Source of the DNA: Bdellovibrionia bacterium
GTDB taxonomy: Bacteria > Bdellovibrionota > UBA1018
Direction: 5' to 3'
Assembly (NCBI GenBank): GCA_044227445.1
Contig: JBGAWT010000001.1
Location: forward strand, 1-47,850
Length of the DNA: 47,850 nucleotides
The position numbers were made by a program, and so were the translations under genes. Shown here one piece after another: positions 6,769-15,695 of the stretch. Under the pieces are notes generated by a model. That model was not told the DNA's origin, ran no database searches, and was given only the letters and a program-made list of their open reading frames with translations. Within the stretch, counting starts at the first letter, position 1; each line of letters opens with the position of its first letter.

Positions 6769-8592
6769 TCAACGATCGGCCGCAGTTTCTAGGTGGTCGC
6801 CCAGATGACCGACGATAATGCGTTTTTTGACGTGATCGACATGAAAATACAGACGCATCTGCCCGGTATGAGTCCTGAGCTTAACGTGAGGCGAGATGTC
6901 GATGGCTTGTCCTTCAAAGACATCCTGGCGCATCTTAGCAAGCTCCGGAGTTTGGTTCGTTCCCTTGGTCTCACTCAGGGCGAGTTTGATGCCGGTTTGG
7001 GCATAGAATTCTTTAGCAAGATGCCCGCTCTTGTCGTTGGAGATAAAGATCATTTCATACAGATTTTGAGCGACCACCCGAATGAGCCTCATCGCGGCGC
7101 GGGCGTCTTGGATCTTGGCGTCCCGAGCGTGACGTCTCGCTTTTTCGGTAAAGCTCAGACGCTCGGGCCAGAGTTTTTCGGCCCAATTCAAAGCTTCGCG
7201 CAAATCCGTAGGTTCAGCTTCGATCACTGGAGGGGCCGGTGTCTCGGGCCCGGATACAGAGCGCGCCTTCTGGAAATCACGCCTCATCTGCTCCAATGAG
7301 AGATCCAGCGCTTGGCGAGCTTGTCTCTCGATGCCGAGTTCTTGTTCGAGGACTTCCTTGCTCTTTTTGACCTGCGCGGCTTCGGCGATCTGAGCATCGC
7401 GCTCCTTAAGTGCCGCATCCCGCGCGCCAAGAGCCGCATCTCGTTCACGAGCAATATGATCGCGCTCTTTTTTAAGCTGCTCGAGCTGCCCGGTCACTTC
7501 TTTGAGACGGGCCTGCACTTCGGGCAGGCGCTTGGAGGATTCGAGCACGTCCCTCTCCGCCTCAAGAAGCTCGACGACTTTAGAAGGAACAGAAATATCC
7601 AGTTTCTTGATCGTTAAGTAATGCTTGTGGGCTTCCCGGCCCTTTTGGATCACGTCTTTTTGGATGACGTTGAGATCGAACTTGTGTTTGGTCGATGAGA
7701 AAAACGGAGCCAACGCCCGCTCTTCATCAGTAGAGGATTTGCGCTTGACGCCAGGAAAGTACATTCGAATCGCGTCGTTCTTAGAGATCGTGTTTTGAGG
7801 CATCACCGCTTCGATCAGGCTATAGGCCTCGGCATCAGCTGCCATGACGACAAGCATGGGAGAAATCTTCTTTGAAACCGAATCATAGATCGACTTGGCT
7901 AATGCTTCGCGTTCGGCCGCACCGAATGAAGGCGGCAAATAGAGGATCGGAACAGCGCGCGTTGGATCGAAAACAAATTCTGAAAATGCATCCAGATCCG
8001 AAACCTGGAGTTTGTGAATTCCTGTATTGAGCTCAAATGGACCTGCCCTAAACTCAAAGGACTCATTGAGCTTCTCAAGAATTCCCTCCATCTTGGCGTA
8101 ACCCACGGGCCACGAAATCCCATTAGCCAAACCCGAGATCGAAAACACGAGCTTGCCGCCTTCGGTAACTTCAAATCCAAGGTCCAGCATATGCGTAGAC
8201 ATGACCGCGCCCACGCCCGAGAGATAGATTCCTAAAGAAGGATTGGGTCCGTGGCCGTGCCTGATGATGACTTGAAATTGTCCATCGCTGACCGTTTGAT
8301 CGCGTTCCAAATCGAGCGCCTTGAGACGCGTTTGAGCTATCTGAGATGTAAGTCCCTCGATCACGCCTTTCCACGCGAGTTGTGCGGCAACCTTAAGAGA
8401 ACTCTGAGCAGAGGATGCGAAGCGATCGCGAAGCTCATAGCGAGTGCTAAGATTCAGTTCTAATTTCTCGATCCGCTCCGCTAAAAGCGCCAAGCATTCC
8501 TGGGGCGTATTCATCGCACGCGCACCCGTGCTCACAAGCGCACTTGCGAGCGCCAGCGCAGACACGAAATACGAAAAAGCCCTTGCTTTCAT
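6769..8592 (-). CDS. hypothetical 607-aa protein: signal-peptide-like N-terminus, unknown globular domain, Arg/Asp/Ala/Glu-rich coiled coil, conserved-looking C-terminal domain
   Basis: A single long ORF. The N-terminus is MKARAFSYFVSALALASALVSTGARA. The central region ...LKEVTGQLEQLKKERDHIARERDAALGARDAALKERDAQIAEAAQVKKSKEVLEQELGIERQARQ is heptad-like. The C-terminus is ...ISPHVKLRTHTGQMRLYFHVDHVKKRIIVGHLGDHLETAADR. I recognise no family. The upstream 94 nt are AT-rich and lack an obvious SD. Confidence 0.75.
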   Translation of the reverse strand: MKARAFSYFVSALALASALVSTGARAMNTPQECLALLAERIEKLELNLSTRYELRDRFASSAQSSLKVAAQLAWKGVIEGLTSQIAQTRLKALDLERDQTVSDGQFQVIIRHGHGPNPSLGIYLSGVGAVMSTHMLDLGFEVTEGGKLVFSISGLANGISWPVGYAKMEGILEKLNESFEFRAGPFELNTGIHKLQVSDLDAFSEFVFDPTRAVPILYLPPSFGAAEREALAKSIYDSVSKKISPMLVVMAADAEAYSLIEAVMPQNTISKNDAIRMYFPGVKRKSSTDEERALAPFFSSTKHKFDLNVIQKDVIQKGREAHKHYLTIKKLDISVPSKVVELLEAERDVLESSKRLPEVQARLKEVTGQLEQLKKERDHIARERDAALGARDAALKERDAQIAEAAQVKKSKEVLEQELGIERQARQALDLSLEQMRRDFQKARSVSGPETPAPPVIEAEPTDLREALNWAEKLWPERLSFTEKARRHARDAKIQDARAAMRLIRVVAQNLYEMIFISNDKSGHLAKEFYAQTGIKLALSETKGTNQTPELAKMRQDVFEGQAIDISPHVKLRTHTGQMRLYFHVDHVKKRIIVGHLGDHLETAADR

Positions 8593-8686
8593 GGGCTTGG
8601 GCTTAACAGTAATTGTGTATTATTTCAATCAAGTAATGTGGGCCAAAAGCATCTTTAGGCCACTGAAATGACTCAGCTTTTAAGTG

Positions 8687-9844
8687 CTATCCACCCAGCG
8701 CGCGATCGTAAATGCGGTAGGTCTTGTTGCGCTTGCTTCCCATGAGCTCCAGGGCGCGATTCATGAGCCGATTGTTCTCCAAGATCCACGAGGCCTCACC
8801 GCGCTGGTAACCCAGCTTGATGCCACGCTTAAAGTACTCGGCATAAAACATCGGTCCGATGCCCATGGGTTGGTAAGCCTTCTTGATCCCGAGGGTGATG
8901 ATGCGGCAGCGGTTGATCGTCTTCTTGCGGCCGGGTCCTTTGAGGTTCCAGAGCAATTTAAAAAGCCCGGTCGGAAGCAACTTCCCGTCACGCACCTTAT
9001 GAAACACCTGGTTTACGTCCGGCAGCGTGAGCGCAAAGCCCACGGGCTCGCCTTTGACCTCGGCGATCAAAAGAAGCTCGGGATCCAGGATCATCTTCAT
9101 GTCCTTGGCCATGTGCCTAAATTCCTCGACGGACATGGGAACGAAGCCCCAGTTTTTTTCCCACGCGTCGTTGTAGATCTCCAAGATGCGATCCACTTCT
9201 TTGTCGAAGTTCTTGAGGCTTGCCGTGCGAAACGTCACATTGCCGTTTTGCTTCAGGCGCTCTGCCTGAGCCAAGATGCGCTCAGACATCTTGGATTGCT
9301 GGGTGAAGTCGTAGGCATACAGATCCATCGACTTGGTGAGGCCCCACTTCTCAAATAGGCCCACGTAATACTGCGGGTTGTAGGTCATCATCACCGACGG
9401 TGGGTCATCAAAACCCTCAACCAAAAGCCCGCACTCGTGATTGGTGCTGGGGTTCATCGGTCCGCGCATGGTCGCCATGCCCTGGCCCTTGACCCACTCG
9501 GAGGCGGCGTCCAAAAGCGCATCCGCCACATCTTGGTCATCGATACTCTCGAAGAAGCCAAAAAACCCGGTCTTCTCCTCGTGGTAATCATTATGAGCCT
9601 CGTCCACCACGCCGATGATGCGTCCCACGCACTTGCTGCCTTTGAACGCGAGCAGTGGACGCATGGATGCGTGCTTAAAAAACGGGTTCTTGTTCACATC
9701 CAGCAGATCTTTGACTGCGATTCGCAGCGGTGGAACCCATTTGGGATCGTTTTTGTAGATATGAAAAGGAAGGTCGATAAACGTTTCCCAATCCGCTTTG
9801 CTTTGAACCGGACGGATTTCGACACCGCTCTTGGATGCGCTCAT
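8687..9844 (-). CDS. GNAT-superfamily N-acyltransferase (long, ~385-aa form)
   Basis: 385 aa. The pattern FIDLPFHIYKNDPKWVPPL ... GFFGFFESIDDQDVADALLDAA ... RGPMNPSTNHECGLLVEGFD ... IITLGIKKAYQPMGIG is typical of the long GNAT family annotated as N-acetyltransferase. It lies 24 nt downstream of the alpha-oxoamine synthase gene on the same strand. Confidence 0.7.
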   Translation of the reverse strand: MSASKSGVEIRPVQSKADWETFIDLPFHIYKNDPKWVPPLRIAVKDLLDVNKNPFFKHASMRPLLAFKGSKCVGRIIGVVDEAHNDYHEEKTGFFGFFESIDDQDVADALLDAASEWVKGQGMATMRGPMNPSTNHECGLLVEGFDDPPSVMMTYNPQYYVGLFEKWGLTKSMDLYAYDFTQQSKMSERILAQAERLKQNGNVTFRTASLKNFDKEVDRILEIYNDAWEKNWGFVPMSVEEFRHMAKDMKMILDPELLLIAEVKGEPVGFALTLPDVNQVFHKVRDGKLLPTGLFKLLWNLKGPGRKKTINRCRIITLGIKKAYQPMGIGPMFYAEYFKRGIKLGYQRGEASWILENNRLMNRALELMGSKRNKTYRIYDRALGG

Positions 9845-9868
9845 GGATTTTTTCCTCGTTGTGGAAAA

Positions 9869-11179
9869 CTAAACAGATGCCGTGGGCTGCGTGCCACGAA
9901 TGCCAAAATGCGTCTCAGCCAGAGCAGCAAGCTCGGCTTGGCGGCTTCCTTCGCCCAAGATCCCGAACTGGCGGCCTAGCTTCTCGAGCACCTCAAGCAC
10001 GTAGTTGAGGTCTTCTTCGGTGTGGCTAGCCATGTAGCTCGTGCGAATCAGCGCGCACCCATCTGGCACTGCGGGACGAATCACGGGGGTCGCAAACACG
10101 CCTTGGTCGTAAAGCGCCTGAGCAAAAGCAAAAGCCGTGAAATCATCGCCTACGAGCAAGGGAATGATCGGCGTCTGGCTTCCCAAGGTGTTGTAGCCCA
10201 TGGCTTGAAGCGAGCGGCTCATCTTGCGCGCGTTCTTCCAGAGATTCTTCAGGTGCTGGGGCTCTTCGCGAACGATGCGCACGCACTCGAGTACTGTGCC
10301 CGCTGCCGCTGGCGGCATGGCAGCACTAAACATGAACGGACGGGACTTATGCTTGATGTAGTTAATGACGTGGGCAGGGCCTGCGATGTAGCCGCCAATG
10401 GATGCAAAGGACTTTGAGAACGTGCCCATGATCAGGTCGGCCGCATCCTTGAGTCCAAAATGAGCTTCGGTGCCTTCGCCGCGAGGGCCTAAGACACCCA
10501 GGGCGTGCGCGTCGTCCACATAGAGGCGGCAGCCGTACTTGCGTGCCAGCTCTGCGGTTTGCGGAAGCTTCAAAATATCGCCTGACATCGAAAACACGCC
10601 GTCGGCAACGATCAAAGCGCCGTCGTACTTGTCGCGCGTGAGTTTTAAAACGCGCTCCAAGTCTTCCATGTCGTTGTGCCTGAACTTAACCGTGTCACCC
10701 AGCGCCGCTCGCGTGCCTTCCATGATCGAGGCATGGTTCTCGCGATCGCTATAAATGACGTCGCTGCGACCGACGATGCACGATAGAGCGCCTAAGTTAG
10801 AAAGAAATCCCGTGGCAAACACCAGAGCCGCTTCCTTGCCTACAAAAGCAGCAAGCTCACGCTCCAAAGTCTCGTGAAGCTCCAAGTTGCCGTTAAGAAA
10901 ACGTGAACCCGTGCAGCCCGTACCCAGCTCATCCACCGCGCGCTTAGCTGCGTCCTTGACTCGCTGATTGTGGGTTAGGCCTAAGTAGTTATTCGAGCCG
11001 ATCATCACCCGGCGCTTGCCGTGGGTGACCACTCGCGAGCCTTCGGATGAGGCAATCGGGCGGAAATAAGGATAGACGCCTGCGGCCTTGACCTTATCTG
11101 CCTCATCAAAGAGGCGCGCTTTTTCGAAAAGATCCATCTTTCCAGAGCCCTGGGAGGGCGTTTTTTCGGTCATAGGCAT
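9869..11179 (-). CDS. PLP-dependent alpha-oxoamine synthase, serine palmitoyltransferase / 8-amino-7-oxononanoate synthase family
   Basis: 436 aa with GSNNYLGL, GCTGSRFLNG, DRENHASI, YVDDAHALGVLG and the PLP-lysine motif GTFSKSFASIGGY. The overall pattern resembles bacterial Spt. Confidence 0.85.
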   Translation of the reverse strand: MPMTEKTPSQGSGKMDLFEKARLFDEADKVKAAGVYPYFRPIASSEGSRVVTHGKRRVMIGSNNYLGLTHNQRVKDAAKRAVDELGTGCTGSRFLNGNLELHETLERELAAFVGKEAALVFATGFLSNLGALSCIVGRSDVIYSDRENHASIMEGTRAALGDTVKFRHNDMEDLERVLKLTRDKYDGALIVADGVFSMSGDILKLPQTAELARKYGCRLYVDDAHALGVLGPRGEGTEAHFGLKDAADLIMGTFSKSFASIGGYIAGPAHVINYIKHKSRPFMFSAAMPPAAAGTVLECVRIVREEPQHLKNLWKNARKMSRSLQAMGYNTLGSQTPIIPLLVGDDFTAFAFAQALYDQGVFATPVIRPAVPDGCALIRTSYMASHTEEDLNYVLEVLEKLGRQFGILGEGSRQAELAALAETHFGIRGTQPTASV

Positions 11180-11334
11180 ATAAGGCGACGATTAGCATCC
11201 GGTTTAGCATGGGTCAATCAAAGGCTAATCGAGGCGGAGGGGTGGCTTTAAAAGGAATTGTTAATTTTCTCTCGATTTTAACGCACCGGGCCGATGAGAA
11301 AAGAGGCGGGGTTTCTCCGCCCAAAGGATGGCGC

Positions 11335-11850
11335 ATGGCCCTGATCAAGCGCGTTTCGGAAGCCCTCACCAAAGCGATCGAACCCGTGTCGCGTGCTACA
11401 GATGCGCCGATCTCGCATTCTTCTCGCTCATCGACGGACCCGGATGGGGGCGCCCGGCATAAGCGCGACTTCAAGGTCATCAAAAAGGACGACTTGCCCC
11501 AGGCACAGGCCTCAGGCCAAGCCACACCTGCTTCGACGGGCTTTCAGCGCTTAGGATCGGTATCCCAAGAAACGAAGATCGCCAACGCCGCTACCCAAGC
11601 CGCGATGGACGACACTGAACCGCGAGAATTCCATGAGATCGTCGCAGTCAACCAATTGCGCGACCAAAAACCCCTGACGCCAGAACAAATGAGCGTTGCC
11701 CATCGAATCGTCCAGCTCATCTCGGCCTTTCAAAAGCAGCAGGGAAACATCCTGCGCTGGGTCGGCACCCGAACCTACCGCGTGCTCTCAGGCGAAAGCC
11801 GCAAGGGCAAGTTCCGAAGAGGCGCGATGCTGGATGAAGAGATCGATTAG
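11335..11850 (+). CDS. hypothetical protein (172 aa from ATG 11335)
   Basis: The track ORF is 11209..11850. The in-frame ATG at 11335 has AAGGA 8 nt upstream (MALIKRVSEALTK...). The sequence is low-complexity and Ser/Thr/Ala/Gln-rich with no recognisable domain. Its stop overlaps the next gene by 17 nt. Confidence 0.5.
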   Translation: MALIKRVSEALTKAIEPVSRATDAPISHSSRSSTDPDGGARHKRDFKVIKKDDLPQAQASGQATPASTGFQRLGSVSQETKIANAATQAAMDDTEPREFHEIVAVNQLRDQKPLTPEQMSVAHRIVQLISAFQKQQGNILRWVGTRTYRVLSGESRKGKFRRGAMLDEEID

Positions 11851-13153
11851 GGTCTTTGCGATCATCCTTGCGCTAGGTGCCCCGTTCGCCTCTTTGCCCA
11901 CGCGAGCCGCTGACCCTAGTGTCTCTTGCTCCCGGGTTACTCAGATCAACACCAACGATCCTTCCAGATTTATCGAACTCGTCAAAGACATCGGCATAGC
12001 CCCTCTTTCACCAAAGGACCCCGGAGACCGGATTACTGGCGGGGGAGATCTTTTGCGAAAAGCCTGCTTCGAAGGCCTAGATGCCAAACAGAGCGCTCGT
12101 GAGGCACAACGCTTGGAGGAAATGCTGTCGGGAGCCAGGCAGCAACTTGCTCAATGCGGCCAATATTACGGATTCAAAGACATGGAGGGTTTGGCTCAGC
12201 TCAATCGTTCGATCATTCTGAGTTGCGAGCACCTAGCAAAGACGACGGGAGCAAGCGCCACGAACTCTCCTTTTGACCTTTCGGTCGACCCGGGCCTCAG
12301 AATTTTCTTGGGCGAGAAAAAACGGAGGTACGCCGTACCGGCAGCCACGATCGCAGACATCCCATATTTTAACGGTGACCGTACCGTGATTCTTCTACCG
12401 GCGTTCATGAGGCTCAATATCGATTCGATGATTGACGGCAAAGAAGGGCAGTTCCGTTTTCGCGAATCGGATTATCAACAGTATTTCACCTCTGTGCTCG
12501 CTCACGAATTGATGCACTTCCTATCCAACAATTCTCGTAACGAGGTTCATAACGATCCTGAAATAAAAAAGGAATGCGGCCCAAAATCGTTATTTAGAGA
12601 TCGTGTTTACTTGATCCAACTGAGCTGCTTCCCGTTCAACGCCTTTTTCTCCGACAATGAGTATTGCGAGAAAGACTGCATGGATAACCTCACCCAACCG
12701 AGCGCCTGGGATGGCTACGAAGATCGCCCCGGAAAACGCATCGGGGGCGGACCGTTCAGCAAGGTCTACACCGAGAAAGAAGCCCTGCCGATCTGCCAGA
12801 AAATCGGGCGCGCTCACAAGCTCTTACGTGCTCGCGTGACTTGGGCAAAAGGTCTTCGGAAGATATTCAGTGACGAAAACGTGCTCGTGGCATCCAAGCT
12901 TGCGTCCTTGATCAATGACCGCCCCGAATCCCATGGCTTGGGCACTCCCGAACAAAGAAAAGAATGGGAAACGCAGGTCACGCTTGAATCAGAGAAAGTA
13001 TTCAAAAAAAGGAAAAATCAGGTCTTCTTTGCCGACTACGCAATCAGCCTGCCTGAGGGCTGGAAAGAGGCAGACCCCTTGGAGCTCAAGGCTCTCTACG
13101 AAGAAAAGAAGCGCACGTATCCGAACGATTTCATGAAGAGCCTGAAAAAATAA
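11834..13153 (+). CDS. secreted Cys-rich protein with HExxH motif (putative zinc metallopeptidase)
   Basis: The track ORF is 11696..13153. ATG 11834 gives MKRSIRVFAIILALGAPFASLPTRAADPS, a Sec signal peptide. It carries VLAHELMHFLSN (HExxH) and about a dozen Cys residues, consistent with an exported, disulfide-bonded protein. Confidence 0.7.
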   Translation: MKRSIRVFAIILALGAPFASLPTRAADPSVSCSRVTQINTNDPSRFIELVKDIGIAPLSPKDPGDRITGGGDLLRKACFEGLDAKQSAREAQRLEEMLSGARQQLAQCGQYYGFKDMEGLAQLNRSIILSCEHLAKTTGASATNSPFDLSVDPGLRIFLGEKKRRYAVPAATIADIPYFNGDRTVILLPAFMRLNIDSMIDGKEGQFRFRESDYQQYFTSVLAHELMHFLSNNSRNEVHNDPEIKKECGPKSLFRDRVYLIQLSCFPFNAFFSDNEYCEKDCMDNLTQPSAWDGYEDRPGKRIGGGPFSKVYTEKEALPICQKIGRAHKLLRARVTWAKGLRKIFSDENVLVASKLASLINDRPESHGLGTPEQRKEWETQVTLESEKVFKKRKNQVFFADYAISLPEGWKEADPLELKALYEEKKRTYPNDFMKSLKK

Positions 13154-13156
13154 GGC

Positions 13157-13513
13157 CTAGCTGCCAAAGCGCCCACTCATCGGCCCGCCACCTAAGACGT
13201 GCAGATGCAGGTGAAACACGCTCTGCCCGCCACCCGCGCCCGTATTGATGACCGACCGGAATCCTGCTGGCAAAAGCCCTTGCTCGCGCGCCACCTTGGT
13301 ACCGGTGGCCATGAGGTCGCCAATGAGCTTGCTGTCCCCGGCTCCCTCTGCTGGAAAAGCCTCATCCAGAGACACGATGTGCTTCTTAGGAATCACGAGC
13401 GCATGAAACTGAGCCTGAGGATGCAAGTCCTTGATGGCAATAAACCGCTCGTCCTCAAAAAGCTTGGGGCTAGGAATTTCGCCTGCGACGATTTTGCAAA
13501 AAATGCACGACAT
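13157..13513 (-). CDS. HIT-family (histidine triad) nucleotide-binding protein
   Basis: 118 aa. It starts MSCIFCKIVAGEIP and carries the histidine triad HLHLHVLGG. Confidence 0.9.
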   Translation of the reverse strand: MSCIFCKIVAGEIPSPKLFEDERFIAIKDLHPQAQFHALVIPKKHIVSLDEAFPAEGAGDSKLIGDLMATGTKVAREQGLLPAGFRSVINTGAGGGQSVFHLHLHVLGGGPMSGRFGS

Positions 13514-13516
13514 CGC

Positions 13517-14782
13517 TCACTCCTCGGTCACGCGCTCGATCTGCGCGCCCAAAACCTGAAGCCGCTCTTCCATCCGCTCATACCCGCGATCCAGGTGATA
13601 GATGCGGCTGACCCACGTCTCGCCTTGGGCACATAGCCCGCCGATGATGAGGCTCGCGCTGGCCCTGAGGTCAGTGGCCATCACCGGTGCGCCCTTGAGC
13701 TCTTCTTGTCCTTTGACCACCACCGCGTTGCCTCGGATGGTGATGTCCGCTCCCATGCGGCACAGCTCGGGCACGTGCATGAAGCGATTCTCAAAAATAG
13801 TCTCGGTGATCACGCTCGTCCCATCGGCCACGCACATCGCGGTCATGAACTGAGCTTGCATGTCAGTCGGGAATCCCGGGAACGGAAGCGTCGTCACATC
13901 CACAGCCTGAGGGCGCTTGCCGCCGATAACCCGAATGCTGCTCTTACCGCGCTCGATCTTGGCGCCAGACTCTTCGAACTTAGCCAGCACTGCCTCAAGA
14001 GCGTGAGGCGCGATGCCTTTAACTTCGACATCACCACGGGTCGCAAAGCCCGCAGCCAAAAAGGTGCCCGCTTCGATGCGGTCACCCAAGATTTCGTGCT
14101 TGGCACCCTGAAGGCTCGACACGCCTTGAATGCGAATGACTTCGGTTCCTTCGCCTTCGATCTTGGCGCCCATGCTCCTCAGAGCTTCGGCCAAATCCAC
14201 GATCTCGGGCTCCTTGGCGCAGTTTTCCATGATGCTCTCGCCTTGGGCGAGCACGGCTGCCATCATGATGTTCTCGGTAGCCCCGACGCTAGGGAACTCC
14301 AGCGGAATGCGCGCGCCTTTGAGCTTCTTGGCCTTGGCAATGACGTAACCGCCTTCGAGCTCGATCTCAGCGCCTAACTTCTCTAAGCCCGTGAGATGAA
14401 AATTAATGGGTCTTGCTCCAATGGCACAGCCCCCCGGCAAGCTCACCTTGGCGTAGCCGTTGCGCGCTAGCAGCGGCCCCAGAACAACAACCGAAGCGCG
14501 CATCTTGCGAACCAAATCGTAAGGAGCTTCGGCTTCTAGAATCTTTTTAGGTTTGAGTGTGAGGCGATGCTTTTTGAGGTCCGACTCATCGACGGCTACG
14601 CCCAAATGCTCGAGCAACGTGAGCGTCGTGCGAATATCCTGGAGCATCGGGACTCTTGAGTATTCGCATGCTTCTTCAGTCAGCAAGGAAGAGATCAGAA
14701 TAGGAAGCGCGGCATTCTTTGCGCCACCGACTTCAATGCTTCCCTTGAGAGGGCGTCCGCCCTGAATTCTCATCCGATCCAT
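13517..14782 (-). CDS. murA: UDP-N-acetylglucosamine 1-carboxyvinyltransferase
   Basis: 421 aa with MDRMRIQGGRPLKGSIEVGGAKNAALPIL, LPGGCAIGARPINFHL (catalytic Cys), GATENIMMAAVLA and FPGFPTDMQAQF. Confidence 0.95.
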   Translation of the reverse strand: MDRMRIQGGRPLKGSIEVGGAKNAALPILISSLLTEEACEYSRVPMLQDIRTTLTLLEHLGVAVDESDLKKHRLTLKPKKILEAEAPYDLVRKMRASVVVLGPLLARNGYAKVSLPGGCAIGARPINFHLTGLEKLGAEIELEGGYVIAKAKKLKGARIPLEFPSVGATENIMMAAVLAQGESIMENCAKEPEIVDLAEALRSMGAKIEGEGTEVIRIQGVSSLQGAKHEILGDRIEAGTFLAAGFATRGDVEVKGIAPHALEAVLAKFEESGAKIERGKSSIRVIGGKRPQAVDVTTLPFPGFPTDMQAQFMTAMCVADGTSVITETIFENRFMHVPELCRMGADITIRGNAVVVKGQEELKGAPVMATDLRASASLIIGGLCAQGETWVSRIYHLDRGYERMEERLQVLGAQIERVTEE

Positions 14783-14786
14783 CGCA

Positions 14787-15695
14787 TCACCGTAGCTTAG
14801 TTTCGGTCCCCACGCGAGCGATCGCGCGCGCTACGCGAGGCCTTCCTGTTAGGTCATCTAAGATAGCCACTTCCCAACCCAAGTCGGAGCCTAAATCGAT
14901 GATCTCGCCGGCTCGTTCATGGGGAATCTCCATCCAAAGCTGCCCGCGGGGCATCAGAGCGATTGCGGCCTGCTCAAAGAGCTTGCGATAAAAATACAGC
15001 GCATCGTGAGCGGGAGCGAAAAGCGCCATGTGAGGCTCGTGGCGGGCGACTTCGGGCGTCACCTCATCGGATCCATGAATCAGATACGGGGGATTAGCGA
15101 CGATGAAGCCTGGCCGTTCCGGATTTTGTGTCGCCCAATCAAACAACGGCTCCAACACATCCGTGTCTTGCTGAGGTCTGACGATCACGAGCTGATCCGA
15201 AGCCAGCTGCCCTAGGATCGTACGCGCGTTTTCCTGGGCGATACGGGTGGCCGCCTCGCTCCACTCGCTAGCAATCATCTTGAGCTCTCTAAAAGTCGCC
15301 AGCAACTCGATGCTGATCACCCCGGAGCCCAGTCCAAATTCCCAACCCAGAGGAGGTGCGCCGTTTCGCTTCAATTCCTCCGTGATCGCACTGACTAAAA
15401 CCTCAGTCTCGGGCCTGGGAATGAGCACCTGCGGCCCCACGCGGTAGCGGTGGTCCAAAAAAACCTGCTCGCCCGTTAGATGCTGCACGGGTACGCCCGT
15501 TTGGCGCTTGGAGAGCCACTGCTCGAGGATTTGACGAGCGACATCGGGCCAGGGCTCACCGCCCTCGAGTACGAGCTCGGAGCGCGAGAGTCTGCGGCCT
15601 GTTGCGGCCTCGAAGGCGGCAAGCACTAAGATATCCGCCTCGGATTGGTTCCCAAGTCGGGTGCCGGCGCTGCCCAACACCTCAGCTAAGGTCAC
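14787..15695 (-). CDS. prmC: peptide chain release factor N5-glutamine methyltransferase
   Basis: 302 aa with the NPPY motif (IVANPPYL). It overlaps prfA by 4 nt. Confidence 0.9.
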   Translation of the reverse strand: MTLAEVLGSAGTRLGNQSEADILVLAAFEAATGRRLSRSELVLEGGEPWPDVARQILEQWLSKRQTGVPVQHLTGEQVFLDHRYRVGPQVLIPRPETEVLVSAITEELKRNGAPPLGWEFGLGSGVISIELLATFRELKMIASEWSEAATRIAQENARTILGQLASDQLVIVRPQQDTDVLEPLFDWATQNPERPGFIVANPPYLIHGSDEVTPEVARHEPHMALFAPAHDALYFYRKLFEQAAIALMPRGQLWMEIPHERAGEIIDLGSDLGWEVAILDDLTGRPRVARAIARVGTETKLR

